Source: the human T2T-CHM13v2.0 reference genome, Homo sapiens. Taken from it: a stretch of 64,000 bases of DNA. The position numbers and the translations under genes are program-made. The stretch lies in assembly GCF_009914755.1 (NCBI RefSeq), contig NC_060928.1. The stretch is one strand, 5' to 3'. The notes beneath the pieces are model-generated. The model saw nothing but the letters and a program-made list of their open reading frames with translations. It did not search any database and had not been told where the DNA came from. Below, piece after piece: positions 35,904-54,274 of this stretch (its first letter is position 1; each line of letters opens with the position of its first letter).

Positions 35904-37110
35904 TATATCATATGTTTTAAAATGGAGAAAAATAAAGCAGTGAGAGAGAAAAAGAAGTTTGTGTAATGGTGTGTGTTAAGTCTTAGAAAATGAAGACAAT
36001 GGTTTCACTGAATCGATGACTTTTGGGCAAATACTGAAGGAGGTGAGGAAGTATCCATGGCAACATCTAGGAAAGCATTCCAGGAACCCCAACGAGGCCA
36101 GAAGGCTGCAGCGGCAGAAGGCCTGCAGCAGCACTGGCGAGGGAGGGAGTGGAAGAAGAGCCAGAAGGCAGCAGGAGCCCGCTCACTGAGGGTCCTTCAG
36201 CCATGCTAAGGACTTTGGCTTTACACTGGGAGAAATGGGGAGGTATGGGGAGGTTCTGAGTTAGAGGAATGACATACGCTGGCTTTGGTTGTAGCAGGAT
36301 CGGCCTGGCTGCTATGGTGAGGATACATGAAAGGGGGCAAGGGAGAAGGAGGGAGACCAGTGAGGAGGCTAATGTGTTAATCCAGCGGGGAGAAGATAGG
36401 GACTTGGGCCAGGGTGGCAGCTGTGGAGGTGGTAGGAAAAGATTAGATTCTGCATGTATTTTGAAGGTAGAACCAATATGCTTTTCTAATGTCTTGAATA
36501 TGGAATGTGGGAAAAAGGAGTCATGGTTGATTCCAAGGTTTTGGTCAGAGCAAAAGGAAAAGTAGATGCCATTAATGAGATGGCAAGAAGGGTGGGAGGA
36601 GGAGGTTTGAGGCTGAGATCAGGAGTTCAGTTTTGAACATATTGAACTGGAGGTGCCTATTTGGCATTCATGTTGAAATATCAAGTAGGCAGTTCAATAT
36701 TCAATTCTGCCAAGTGCAAGTTCAAAAGGGAAGTTTAGGCTGGAGGTACACATTTGGGAATAATCAGTATACAGATGACATTTAAAGTCAGGAGTTTAGA
36801 TGAGATCATTTTCTCATGCAATTCTTAAAACACCAGCATGAGGTAGATATTATTTTAATTCCCATTTTAGATATAAAGAGATAGGCTGGAGAGGTTTAAA
36901 TAGTTCACTCTAAGTCATTCAGTTAGTAACTGTAGGGACTCCAATGTTCATTCTTATCTCTAAGAGATAGTTTTCAACTTGGGCTCTGTGACAATCCTAA
37001 AAGAAAGGAAGGTTCAGTTTAAGGGGACTGTCTCTGATTTCCATCTGTACGTATTTGTTGGGGTTTTATGTACGATTTTATTTGAAAAAAAAAAAAAAAA
37101 AAAGTATTTA

Positions 37111-37461
<351 letters not shown>

Positions 37462-38326
37462 TTAATCTCTGTGTTTGCAGCAACTAGCCTGTGCCTGCAC
37501 ACAGATGTTCAACAAATGTTTGGACTGTCTGAATAATACATATTAATTGGAACAACTATAAAAATGTTAAATGTTACCTTCTCCATGGAAGAGATAGTTC
37601 AGTATAAAGCATGAAATCCAAAATCCCATCACAATTAATAACACGATAATCTTGTAAAATGAGAGCACAAGTCTGTCAGATATCAGATCTTGGGGATATA
37701 ATCAATGAATGAGGCAGCGTACATCAACAACAACAATAACCAAATGGGCAAAGACATGAAGGCAACTCACACAGAAGAAATAAAAATGCTCTATAAACAC
37801 TTTGAAAAAGATCAACTACTTTAGTAATCACAGAGTTGTGAGTGAAACCACATATTGTTCTTGCCTATGTGTCAAAGTTTTAAAAATAGTATCCTTTCAT
37901 ATTGGCCAAGGTCTGAGAAAGAGGCTCTCATGCACTGCTATTAGCAATGTGTAGCTTTCTGTAGGGTAATTTGAGAAAATGAATCCAAATCCTTTAAAAT
38001 GTGCCTACCACCATACTCCACCCTCCATACCTACCCTCCAATCCCTGGAAATGTACATGCACATACAAAGACATTCTGCTTCTAGGATTTTTCCTACAGA
38101 AATATTCACAGATATGCCCAATGATACAAATCTATTCATGGCCGTACTGCTTGTGAGAAGGAAAAAATGCAAATATTAAAATCCATGATAGGATTAATTA
38201 AATTGCAGTACATACATATGATAAAAACCTATGCAGCCAAAAAACATCAATATATTGAAAGAAGCATTAATGACATGGGAAAATATTAAGTGAAAAAAGT
38301 AGATTTTACAAAAGAAGTATAGTATA

Positions 38327-38561
<235 letters not shown>

Positions 38562-38666
38562 TAATTTCTAAAGTTAAAAATTAGTTACTGTATGCCAGCA
38601 CCTATATTAAATGTGTTGCATAGTCTCTAAATTATACATTAACCCTAAGAAATAGGTGTTACCATT

Positions 38667-38860
38667 GATACAGGGCAAATGAGCCCCAAAGTGGAGCTTA
38701 GTCCACGAGGGTTCTTGGCTTTGCCCAGGAAAGAAGGGCAAAGGGCAAGCCAGAGATAGAATAAAACAGCTTTATCGAAAAGGCAGTGTTACGCTCCAGT
38801 GTTGTTAAGAGTTGTGACTGCTCCTACAGAGCAAGGCCACCTGGTGGGCAGACAGCAGCA
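38667..38860 (-). mobile_element. ERV1 LTR fragment (MER66-like)
   Basis: TGATACAGGGCA..GAGCCCC..GGGTTCTTGGCTTTGCCCAGGAAAGAA resembles a MER66-family end. Confidence 0.5.
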
Positions 38861-38900
38861 TTACTTATATTCTTATATAGTTTTGATGATATGTACATGA

Positions 38901-39262
<362 letters not shown>

Positions 39263-39370
39263 AGCATTAATAATTTCTAATGGTTGCACCTAACACCAGC
39301 TCTGACAAGTAACTCTAATGTTAGTTCACCCGATGTACAAAAATTACAAATGTTTACTGAGTGCTTACAG

Positions 39371-40007
39371 TGTGGTATACTGGGGACATTTCAATGAATA
39401 AGACAAACAAGGTCCCACTGATCATGAAATCTCCATTCTCGCAAGGGAAGACAGAGAATTTTTAAATCCATGAGAAAGGTATTAGGATTATACCTATTTG
39501 AGTATTTGAGCCACCGAGAGGTCAGGGAACTTTCCCAAGATCAACCAACTGGTAGGCAGGTGTTACAGCAGATTCCAACCCTGGCAAGCTGTCGTCATGA
39601 TAGCGTTCTTAGTTCCTGCTCCACTGGCACCCAGAGGGTGGAGGGTGTACTTTGAGTTGGAGGAAACATTAGGGTGAGGCCAGATTATAAAAATCAGGTA
39701 GAGGCATTAAACAATTTAGCAAAGAAATCCGGGAAGAGGGAGAGGCAGCCCTTGTGATATGGTATATTGGGGATATTTCAATGAATAAGACAAACAAGGT
39801 CCCACTTACCATGAAATCTCCATTCGCAGGGGAAGACAGAAAATTTTGAAATGCATGAGAAAGGTATTATGATTATCCCCGAGTGAGCCACAGAGAGGTC
39901 AGGGAACTTGCCCAAGATCACCCAACTGATAGGTGTTAAAGCAGATTCCAACCCTGGCAAGCTGTGGCTGTGACTGGCATTCACAGCTCCTGCTCCACTG
40001 GCACCCA
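39371..40007. repeat. About 250-260-bp local duplication (L2/MIR-like composite)
   Basis: 39371-39633 and 39758-40007 align end to end with substitutions and indels. Confidence 0.9.
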
Positions 40008-41089
40008 CCAAGTGCTCTGGGAATTCAGAGGACAGGTCAGTTAGAGCTGGAATAGTTGTATTCATTTACTTTTTAGACCCTGTAGCTCCCATCCTATCTC
40101 CACCCCCATCATGAAATTGTGGTAGATAATTGTCCACAGTTTAAAAAGTTCTTTCACATGATTTCTATTGAAAAACTCACAGTGACTTTGAAGCAGAAGA
40201 GTAGGGCAAGGGCCCTCCTCACTGAATAAATTCCCACGGCAATGCTGGTCATTTCAACTATCACAAACTCCTGGCAATGCTCATTTCAACTCTCCTAGGG
40301 ACTGACACTCCTGATCTAGATGGATGACTGCTGTGTGTCTTTCCAACTCGAGTTGTCTTAAGTCTGTGATTCTAGAGACTAATAATCTACTTCATCGTTT
40401 TTTCTTTTCCAAAAATCTGTTCCTTACCCATTTATATTATTTTTTCAGCGTTTTCTACTGGGAGAAGGGAGGAAAAATGAAAAAGAACTAAAATAATTCA
40501 ATTATGTTTAAGCAGCTTTTTGAGAATAAGCTTTTTGAGTATGTATGAATTAATGTTATGTTCTCTTGTCCCCTGTATCACAAAAAAGCTGCAGGATTTT
40601 TAGTGATTTTAAAATCTGTTCCATTTTTAACTTTCATAAACTAAGGAGAATGTTGTAAAATTGAAGTACATTGTACTCACCCTTCTTTAATTGGAACCAG
40701 TGCAATGGGTTAAGATGTTTTAAGCATTTTAAAATATAGGGTCGTATCTGTAAGAAAACAGAAATCAACATAGATTTAAACTCTGTCTATTCTGTTAAAA
40801 TCAAAGCCAATCATATTTCCTCAAAAGTAGGGTACTATGTTCCTAATTCTTCTCCCCTTCAACTCACTGCTGCTATAGCAAAGTTACAGCTGCAACAACT
40901 GACCCAAGTCATTTTCAGTGGCTCAGTATTTGCTGAGTAAACAGTTAAATAATTTTTCCTATGCTTATCAGTGCCTGGCATATGTAAGTGCTGTTAGCTG
41001 CATCATCATCTTCATCATCACCATCATCGTCGCCCTCATCATGCAATTTTATATTTACTGCTGCCCACACCCACATATACAAATGACTG

Positions 41090-41600
41090 TCTGCCCTATA
41101 GCCTACTGTCTATGAGAGCAATTTAAATCAAGTAAGATATAGTTCAGGTTGCTAATATTAAGAGCTGAAGAGAAAAAAAAAAGCAAGGGGACAGAAGTAT
41201 GGGTGGTATTTGCAGGTGAGATTTTTGAAGATGGCTAAGAAAAGCCTCTTAGAGAAGGTGACATTTAAGAAAGGTTCTGCAGTGAAGGAGTAAGACATGA
41301 TCTGGGGAGAACTTTCCAGACAAAGTGAACAGTAAATGCAAAGGCCCTGGGGTAGGAGTCTGCCCAGCCTGTTTAAGGAAGAGTGAGGCCAGTGGGGCTA
41401 CAGGTGTGAGTGTGAGAAGTCAGACATGAAGCCAAGTCATGGAGGGCCTGGCAGGTGGTAGGACTTTCGTTTTGTACTGAGTGACCTAGGGAGATCCTGG
41501 AGGGTTCTGGGGAGAGGAATGACATGACCTTACTCAGGTTTTAAGAGAATTACTCTGGTTACTGTGTTGAGAACATTGTGAAGGTGAGGGCAGGTAAAGG
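41090..41600 (-). mobile_element. L2 LINE fragment
   Basis: GAGAAGGTGACATTT..GCAAAGGCCCTGGGG..GACATGACCTTACTCAGGTTTTAAG typical of L2. Confidence 0.6.
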
Positions 41601-41929
41601 AAAAAACAGTAAACATTTAAATATCACTATCCTATAAACTATAATGGGATAAGATAAAAAAGATATAGACAGAAAATCAAGGTAGTCTCTGGTGACTGCC
41701 CACTTGTTTGTTCTGGTCACTGTGACTGCACACAGAGACCAAATCTCCCAAATAAAAGTCAGGGTTGGTAAACAGTGGTACATGTGGCTATAATAGCTAA
41801 ATACTTCTATTTGGTTATTTAAATTCTCCTAAAACATAAAAAAACAGAATTGGTTTCCTAAATTACAGTTTTTGGCAGTGACTAAAGGTCACAATAAAGA
41901 ACAGTAAGGCCCAACTTCCCATAGTTGCT

Positions 41930-41935
41930 TTTATT
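41930..41935 (-). terminator. COQ2 polyadenylation signal AATAAA
   Basis: TTTATT on + strand about 355 nt past the stop, followed by U/GU-rich sequence on the minus strand. Confidence 0.7.
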
Positions 41936-42290
41936 TTTCCCTAAAAAAAAGAGTCCATTTTCTTATACAGACATTCATTTATGTAAGACCCACATCAGGC
42001 TTTTTCTAAAGTGCCAAAACCCGTGCAATCCCCATAACTTCAGGTGAGAATTATAATGGGCAGAAGAATGTATCAACTAAAATACTCAAGGCCATCTCAA
42101 ATCCTGAAGAGTCCCTGGTTTCTGTGACAAGGGGGAATTTTGCTAGCAAATAAGTAAAATCCAGGTAAATATGCTCTAAATCTTCATCTTCAGGTTCTTA
42201 ATTCTTTAACATATTGTATCAGATTTTGTATTCAAATCTAATTATATTTTGTAAAAAATGTTTTAAAAATTCCTAGATAAATTTCATTCA

Positions 42291-42488
<198 letters not shown>

Positions 42489-42579
42489 CTAGTCTGGACT
42501 TTGGGTCATAACAAATAAACATGTTAACACGGAGGAGAAAACAGCAAATACAAAAAATACAAATATAAAAAATGAAAAA

Positions 42580-42757
42580 TTAGCTAGGCACGAAGGCACA
42601 TGCCTGTAGTCCCAGCTACTCAAGAGGCTGAGGTGGGAGGATTGCTTGAGGCCAAGAGGTCAAGGCTGCAATAAGCCATGATCACCCTACTGCACCCTCC
42701 TAGCCTGGGTGAGAGAGTGAGACTCTATCTCAAAAAAAAAGAAAAAGAAAAAGAAAA
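42580..42757 (+). mobile_element. Alu right arm (COQ2 intron 6)
   Basis: Alu consensus match. Confidence 0.85.
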
Positions 42758-43225
42758 ATTTACCATATTTTTCACTTGGAATCATCCAAGCTGTTTCTTA
42801 AGAATTTTCGGTTGAGGGTTGCATGAATGCTTGTGAGGCAACCCATACTGTTTTTAGTTCTAACGATTTAGAACGTTCTTCCTTATACTGACTGATCTAA
42901 AGTCTGTCTCCCTGCAACTCCTACCCTCCAGTTCTGGTTTTAGCGTCTGCAGCAAAGTTTCTCAATGGAGAACAAGTCCCATTTGGGCAGGACAACTCTA
43001 ATGCAGGGCAATCTGGTGCAGCACAAGATATTGACTGTATCTGGCCATCATCCATATAGTCACCCCTCCTAGTTTATTATAACCAAAAATGCCCTCCCAC
43101 ATTTCTAAATCTCTCCTGTTCAGGGACCTACATTTAGGGAAGGGGAGCTAGAGACCTAAATCTGTTGCTAGTAATCTAGAACAAGCGTACTCCTTTTTCC
43201 CCATGGTAGCCCTGCAAATACACTA

Positions 43226-43726
<501 letters not shown>

Positions 43727-43756
43727 TTAAAATATAAAGTGGGCTCCAAGTATTTC

Positions 43757-44059
43757 TTTTTTCTTCCTTTGTTTTTGAGACACAGTTTCCTTCTGTCACC
43801 CAGGCTGGAGTGCAGTGGCACCATCTTGGCTCACTGTAACCTCTGCCTCCCAGGTTTCAAGTGATTCTCCTGCCTCAGCCTCTCGAGTGGCTGGAATTAC
43901 AGGTGCACACCACCATGCCCAGCTAATTTTTGTATGATTAGTAGAGACAGGGTTTATCCATGTTGGCCAGGCTGATCTTGAACTCCTGACCTCAAGTGAT
44001 CTGCCCACCTCGGCCTCCCAAAATGTTGGGATTACAGGCGTGAGCCACTGCGCCTGGCC
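43757..44059 (-). mobile_element. AluS (intron 6)
   Basis: Full Alu consensus. Confidence 0.92.
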
Positions 44060-44427
44060 GAATATTCCTTATAGTATTTGTGATTGTCTTAATAATTTTT
44101 GCCTTCCTGTACTATTTAATATTCAGGTGTTTAAATATTAACATATACCCATTATCCAGACCAGACAATCAAATGACAATGTCAGCCCTCATGGAGCTGA
44201 GCTATGACCAAAAAGGGATGCTGAGAAATTCTGAAGGGAAAAATGGTGACATCCTGGAAAGTCACCAATTCACATTTTAGTTTTCACAGTGAGGAAAACA
44301 GTGGAGGGGACACAGCATATGGTTTACTTTACAGACATCAGATTCTGATTTCCTTCATACCATGTTATGTGAGTCTTGCCTATACTGATAGTAATTGGCA
44401 ATAATCTGTATAAAATCAGTCATCTAA

Positions 44428-44694
<267 letters not shown>

Positions 44695-45186
44695 CATGAA
44701 TACCTTTTTGATTCTGTTTAATGAAAATAACAATAACACTGATATAAAAATATAGTCAATTTATTAGCAAGTGATTTAATCAAAATTAGATTTAGTTCAT
44801 TCATTTACAAGTCAACAATGTAGATTCTCAACATAAGTTTCTGACAGGTAGGGGATGTGGTGTGGGTGAATATCCTGAAATGACAGCTTCCTGCTCTCTA
44901 CTGGCAGAACTTTGACATGTTCCGCATTTCATGTCTTATCTGTCCTTGGTCTTTATGCCAGCAGAAACCAAATTTATGAATAATTAGTCTACTAACCATC
45001 ACTAGAAACCCAGATTTTTTTTTAAAAGCTTTATCTGTCAGTTTGCTTTTAGAGTAATTCAACTCAAACCACAAGCTTCAGATATCACTGAAATTTTTCC
45101 AGACATGAATCAGAAGTAATTCCAGGAAAATCAGATGGGAAAATTTGGATTTAGGCCTATATTATTTTTAAAAAATAATATACCTT

Positions 45187-45500
<314 letters not shown>

Positions 45501-45676
45501 CTAGAGCTAGCTTTCTTATAAGTTGAGGCCGGAGGGCAGGGGGGTCTGTTAAAGGTAGTAGAAGCCAAGTAGTTGTTTAAGAAGTTCCTTGCCAGGTAAA
45601 CACAGAGGGCATACTGTTTAAATAATTTTTATAATTTATACCAAGGAAATATGAGGGACAAATAAGAAAAAGGTCA

Positions 45677-45868
<192 letters not shown>

Positions 45869-47802
45869 CTAATATCAGAAAGAAAAATAAACTGTTTTTT
45901 GAGATTTAGTTCACACACCATAAAATTCACATTTTGAAGTATCAGATTTAGTGTTTTTTTGTATATTCACAAGGTTGTGCAACCAATTACCACTAACTAC
46001 TTTCAGAAGAAATTGTCTTTTAAAGAACATGCAGATATACCATAAGCGGTGAAAGATGACAGTAACTCAGAAACAGGCTGATCAGTAATGAATGTGCAGG
46101 CCAATCAAAGCTAAACACCACTGCTAAAATCACCATCCAGCTTCATTTCTATACACCATTATATTTGTTATAATCCTATAATGACTCTTAACCATATTTT
46201 TAGTGTTAGGATTAAAATTCAGCTCTAATTCTTCCCATAGCTCCTCTCTACCTCAGAGTTCTCAAATCTCAATAATCTCCTATACATTTTAGTTTCAATC
46301 TTGCAAAAGTCACAGATGTAGAAAAATGCTCACTTACCACCTAACCACATCCACTCATTTCCCACTTCTAGCCCAACCTATCCCTTGCCTTTCCTATCAA
46401 ATCCTGTTTAGGTAGAGCTAGGTCTTGATGATATAACCACATGTAGCTGCCTGGTTTCTCCCAGCAAGTTTACTTGTAAGCATCTCCATATACTGTTGTA
46501 AATAATGATGGTCACGTAGTATCAGTGGCTGTATGCTGAACTCTCTGCACTGACCTACCGGCAGACAGCAACCTGACAGGCTCTCTTTTGGGGCCCAAAT
46601 CCAAATAACAATGACTGTGGGTGTTTCTGTTTTTCCTTTCATACTAGAATCACCTTCAGGGTGCAAACTGTGTCTATAGTTATTATGTGAACCACAAAAG
46701 TGCCAATGAGTATGTGGTGTTTTCCTGAAGTTGTTAATCTAATTGGAGTACTGGTATCCTAAGCACTCATTCCAGACCTTACCGCAAAAAGTACAGGCAT
46801 CTCTTCTAACCTGTAAGTCAAGTTTCACTTTGGAAGTAAGACTGATTACAGATCCGCCTTTTCATGATACTACAAATGTAGCAGGGCATAGGGGGTTTAG
46901 TGGAAGAAAACAGAATGAAATCCAGACATATTCTTCAAGTAAATGACTGAGAATATATAATCATATTTCAGAAAAATACTGAGAAAAACTTTTTTGAAAA
47001 GTTTATAAATGTATTCTCAGAACATGTACTATCAAATCATCACACTGTATACCTTGAATATGCATAATTTTATTTGTCAGTTACTTCTCATTAAAGCTGG
47101 GGGAGAGTTTATAAATGTAAAAGAAAAAAATGAGTTTTTAAAATGGAATTTATCAAAAAGGCAATATCAAAAGCTATAAAAATGCATATAATCCTTTAAG
47201 TCAATAATACCACTTCTAAAAATTTAACTGAAAAACTCCTATTCAAGAAGTATTAATGATTAGAACAATATTACTTATAATTGTGAAAACTCAGAAACAA
47301 GTAGCCAAAATAGAGAAACTGTGAATTTTTTTTTAATTATGGTACATCGAATTTATGGCATGTTAAATTGGGGCATGGACTATCTCATAGTCCATAGTCT
47401 TAAAGTGACAATGACAAAGAATTGGTAAAAATATGGGAAAATGTTCACTAACTACACCAAGTAAAAAAGTTGCATAATTCAATGATTAGAGGGACAGAAG
47501 AATGTAGTGGTTAAAAGCAGTCTCTGAACACTGGGTTTGAATCGCAGTTCTGCCACCCACTAACTGTGTGACATGGACAAATACTTCTTCACATATTTCC
47601 TCTTCTGTTAAATGAGGATAATGTAAGTACTTTCCTCAAAGACTGTTGGGGGATTAAGTCTGTAAAGTACTTAAAACAGTGCCTGGCACATAGTAAATAC
47701 TACTTTATTGCTTGTAAATAAAATAAATGAGTTGAATTTTGGTAAACACACATAAACATAAAAAAAATTTTGTTGGAGCCATGGAACTGTGAATGACTTT
47801 CT

Positions 47803-48139
<337 letters not shown>

Positions 48140-49602
48140 CTAAAGGGAAGGAGTGGCATCGGAGTGTGTTCAGTGCTCCTGGGTATCAGACTCTGTGTGT
48201 GCTGCTTTCTGTGGGTTCCTTCCTTAAACCCTTTCAACTCTCGGTGGTACTTATTAGCTCCATTTTACAAAAAACAAAACAAGCTCAGAGAGGTTAATTA
48301 ACAACTAAAGTAACAGAGCTAATAAAAAGAATAATATCCCCTAATTAAGTAAATAGGAGGTTTAAAGAGAAGATTTATCCCACCTAATATGGTGCACGGC
48401 ACTACCAATAACAGAAGATGCTGGGATCTGAACTTACATCTCTCTGACTCAAAAACCCATGTTCTTTCTGTTACCACTCTGCCTCCCCTATCAGCTACTG
48501 AAACATGAATATACATACGAACACTGATCTATTCCACAATGGCATCATCTCTGAGGACTGTAAACAAACACCTACATGTTGACAGCTCTCAAATCTCCAC
48601 TTGCAAGCCTGATAACTCTCCTAAGCTCCAGACTGCATACTGAACAGTCTGCTGGACTTCTCTGCCTGCAAGTTGCTCATGTACCTTAAACTCAATGTGT
48701 CCCAGATATCTTTTCTCAGAAACCCCTTTTCTCCTCCTGTATTACCTATTTCCACTCATGTCCCCTCCTTAACTGATGAAGTGCCTCTCCTTTGTGGTCC
48801 CATAGCACTCCTGCCTGACACGTTGTACTGCAATGACCTGTTTATCTGTCATCTCCATCTCCAACTCCTTAAAGATGGTCAGGGTGTTTTAGTCATTTTT
48901 ATTTTCCCAGTACCTGCTGCAATTCCTAGCACGAAGTAAATGTAGGGGTTCAGTAAATGTTTGGAGTAAATATACCAGCTTCTTAATATTATCTTATAGA
49001 TAGGAAATGCTTATATTGAGAATATAATTTCAAATTTAATAAAGAGAACATTCAATGAGAGGATCTTAGAAAAAGATAAATATTCTACCACAACTTTCCC
49101 ACAAATCAGGCTCACATCAATTTCTTGAGTTGCTTTTAGTTCTTTCATTTACTGAAAAAAATGATTCAAAGAACTAGAATCATTCTAGGAATAGAATAGA
49201 AAAGTCTGGGAATAGATATTTTTGCAGCAGATTCTGATACCTGCTTACCTAACTATGTTTCTTTCTTTTCACCAACAAGTATGTATTCAATACCTACACC
49301 GCACCAAGTGCTATGCTAAATGCTGGGCCACAATTTATTAACTGGAGACCATAGGAGGCTCTCAACGTATTCTTGGTTGAATTAATGCTGCTGAAATAAG
49401 TAAGTGCCGGATTAGAATCCTATGGTAGCCCAGAAGAGACTGTCTAACTTCTTCCTGAGAGGCTTCACAGAATACGAGCTGTCTAAGCTATCACATACAC
49501 TTTAACCCTTGTTTTCCTGCCACAGAGTGCTTCCTACCCCATCCCCCAAATTCTTCAGGGCATCTAGATCAAACATTTTTTCATGACATACCTAGATTTT
49601 TA

Positions 49603-49965
<363 letters not shown>

Positions 49966-50109
49966 AAAATAATGATGATGATGATAACCCTAATAAATAT
50001 GCAATATTTCTGAACTAATAAAAATAGCTAACTGCTCTCCTTTAAAGTACGAAAATCTACTATTGGTTAGGAAAATTACATGACTGATTTGTCATTTCAT
50101 CTTTACCTA

Positions 50110-50310
<201 letters not shown>

Positions 50311-51561
50311 TTAGAAACCACGAAATACTTTAAGACAATGACATAAGTAATACTAATTGGAAAATATATTTTATCTTAAATTATATTTTATGTAAGTTAT
50401 CTTCCTAGCCTTCGACTTTCCCTATTATAAAGGATGAGTAGAAAACTACTTTAAATGTTATAAAACAATCAAACAAAATAATAGCTAACACATACAGTAC
50501 TATCATGTATTAAGCACTATTCTAAGTGAATCACACTTGTTAATTCATTATAATCTTCACAATGACTCCAAAAGGCAGGTATTATAATATAAAGTTTTAT
50601 TCTCTTCCTTTTTTGCAGATGGGAAAACTGAAGCACAAAGAAATTAAGTAGTTTGCTAATTGTCATATAGCTAGTCATAGAAGAGCCTAGATTCAAACCT
50701 AAGGCAGTCTGGCTCCAGAGTCCAACCTATCAACCACCAAATGTTAACTACCAAATGTTACTGCCTCTCTGAACTGTTTGCAAACATTAAGGCATCTAAT
50801 AAACTAAGATGTCCTAACTAATAATTAGAGTCAAGATATCCCTCCTTATATATATGATGCAGTGTTACTTTTCTAGAAAAAAGGAAACACCTATGAAAAT
50901 GTGATAAAATAAGACGTTCTTAGGACCTCAAAGTTTATCTAACACTACCCCTTCCAGAAATAACCTTCCAAAGGTATTGTCATGTAATTGATGCTATCAG
51001 GGCAAGGCACGCAATTAAGTCTAGTCTCCATAAAGTAACTTTTTGTCTTTCTTCTCTCGCATTGAAGCACTTTGTAAACCGCAATCTGATACACAAAAGT
51101 TTCGTTTTGTCTTGTTTAAGAGATACAGGAATGAGTCCTCCCACTTCTTTCTTCAGTCATTGATTAGTAACACCACCCTGGGAAAGACATAGTTCCTCTT
51201 TTTGCAAAATGAATATAATCACTTCTGCTTTAAGTCTACTTTAGAGATACTGTCAACATAAATAAAATTATATATGTGTGGGTGTATACACACACATCCA
51301 TGCACGCACTTAGAAAACCTATGAAATTGCCTTGTGTCCCTTAGGGAATGTAGTACAAATACTGAAGGTGGTTCAAAACAAATTAAATGTTCATTTCTTA
51401 ACTCCTTTGGCTGAAAGCATTCTTGAAGCAGATTTAAAAATGTGTGGTGAGTTACTTACACTTGCTAACTTACAGATGCTTAATAAGTAGCAAATGAACA
51501 ACTTTGTGATAAAGATATTTCATTTTATTCCTATTTTCTCCATTTCAAAGGAGAGATTTTA

Positions 51562-51756
<195 letters not shown>

Positions 51757-51955
51757 TCATTTATTTAAACATTTAATGAAGAGACTGGCCCATGGTAGGC
51801 ACAAATATGAATGAAGAGAGAAATCAACATTTTAAGTACTGTCAGAAATCAAAACTTCACATTTAAAATAGCTTTGAAAAGAACTAAAAATTCCCATCAC
51901 TCATTCTCTTTTCTCCCATCCCCATCTCTAAACAAACAAAACAAAGGAACTTCCT

Positions 51956-52589
<634 letters not shown>

Positions 52590-52599
52590 CTTTTAATCT

Positions 52600-53780
52600 T
52601 CTTAACGGGGTCCTTAACAGATAAAAATTTGTTGATGAAGTGCAAATTCAATTTTTCCTATTATGGGTTGTGCTTTTCGTATTTCTCACAGCTTTCAAGA
52701 TTTTAAAATTTTCTTTAGTTTTCAGAAGTTTGACTATAATGTATTAAGGTGAGGATTCTGTGTGTTTATCGTGTCTGGAGGTTGCTCACCTTCTTAAATA
52801 TGTAGGTTTATGTCTTTTGCTAAATTTGGGGCTTTTACAGCCAATATTTCTTCAATCATTTTTCAGCCCCAACCCCTTTCTCCTGTTTTTCCAAGACTCA
52901 TGAAACAAATATTAGATCATTTGTTATAGTTCAAAGGTCTTCAATTTTTCAGTCTATTTTCTGTTTTCCAGATGGTGTCATTTCTATTATTCTATCTCCA
53001 GTTCACTGATTCCTTCCTCTGTCCCCTCCATTCTGCTGTTGGGCCCATCCACTGAATTATTATTACAATTATTATATCTTTCACTTCTAAAATTTCCATT
53101 TGGTTCTCCTTTATATTTTCTATTTCTTGGCTGAGAGGTGGTATTTTTCATTTGTTTCAAGAATGTTTGTAATTGCTCACTGAAGCATATTTATGATTGC
53201 TGCTTTAAAAATCTTTCTAAGAAATCCTAACATCTCTGCTATCTCAGTGTTGTTCATCTGCTGATTGTCTTTTTTTCACTCAAGTTGAGATTTTCCTAGT
53301 TTTTGGTATGACAAATGATTCTTAACTGAAATCTGGACATTTAAGTATTATGTCATGAGACTATGAATCTTATTTAAACCTTTTATTTCAGTTGACTTTT
53401 TTTGACACTGCTCTGGCAAAAGAAGGGGGTGGGAGATGCTGCCTAATTGCTACCAGCTGGGGTTACAAGCTCACGTTCCCAACCTGGTTTCCACTGGCCC
53501 CTGCCAAGTAGGCTTTTTTTTTTTTAATTATTTTTTATTTTTTTCCTATCTGTGCCCAATGACATTTCCAGATTTCTGGCTTCTTCAGTTCCAAGTCTGG
53601 GATATATGAAGAAAAACAAAATGTAGGAAATTCTTTGGGTCCTGAGGTCCCTAGCCAGTCTGCCACCTTTTCTCCACAGTCCTCTTATGTTTGTTTTATG
53701 TATAATCTCCAGGTGTTTTAGACATACTTAGTGGAAAGAATAGGGAAAATACATCTATTCCATCTTCCTGGAAGCAGAAG
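52600..53780 (-). mobile_element. Ancient L1M fragment in COQ2 intron 2
   Basis: T-rich L1M-like antisense sequence (CCATCCACTGAATT..TCTAAAATTTCCATTTGGTTC). Confidence 0.55.
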
Positions 53781-54077
53781 TCAAAATCTATGTAATTAGT
53801 TTTAACTCTAGTCAAGAGTGTGGGATGTAAACGTTTAGAGGAGAGTCTGTCTACCAAATAAGATAAAGCAATTCAGAATTTTGCAGTTTGCCTTCAAATA
53901 TTTAATCTCAAATGTTCAGTTATCTAAACAGACCCATGCTTCATAAACTGTTACTAATTTATGGGACTATTTTTCATTTTCTGGAAGGCTTATACTAAGC
54001 TACAAATTTTTTAAAGTGAAGAACTACTATTAACATGTTCAAGAATTATCTTGAAGTGATACATGCCAGAAGCCTCA

Positions 54078-54215
54078 TTCATATATATTTTTATATAGAA
54101 TATATATTATATATAATATATATTTTTATATAATATATAAAATATATATTATATATAATATATATTTTATATATAATATATAATATATATATACATATTC
54201 ATATATATACATATA
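54078..54215. repeat. AT-rich (TA)n-like minisatellite
   Basis: Directly visible. Confidence 0.9.
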
Positions 54216-54274
54216 GAGTGTACAGAATAAAACTGACCAGGATGTGTGAACCTCCAAATCAAGAAAGTGTGTAT

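Larger units (their letters stand above)
35090..36810 (-). mobile_element. L2 LINE fragment (host of the Tigger)
   Basis: Reverse-complement L2 3' end (ATTCATTC..TACTATGTGCTAGGCA) and GA-rich L2 body. Confidence 0.65.

Noticed and set aside
41001-41042. (CAT)n run as a coding poly-His/Ile tract
   Set aside because: Simple low-complexity repeat next to a MIR-like fragment; no exon context
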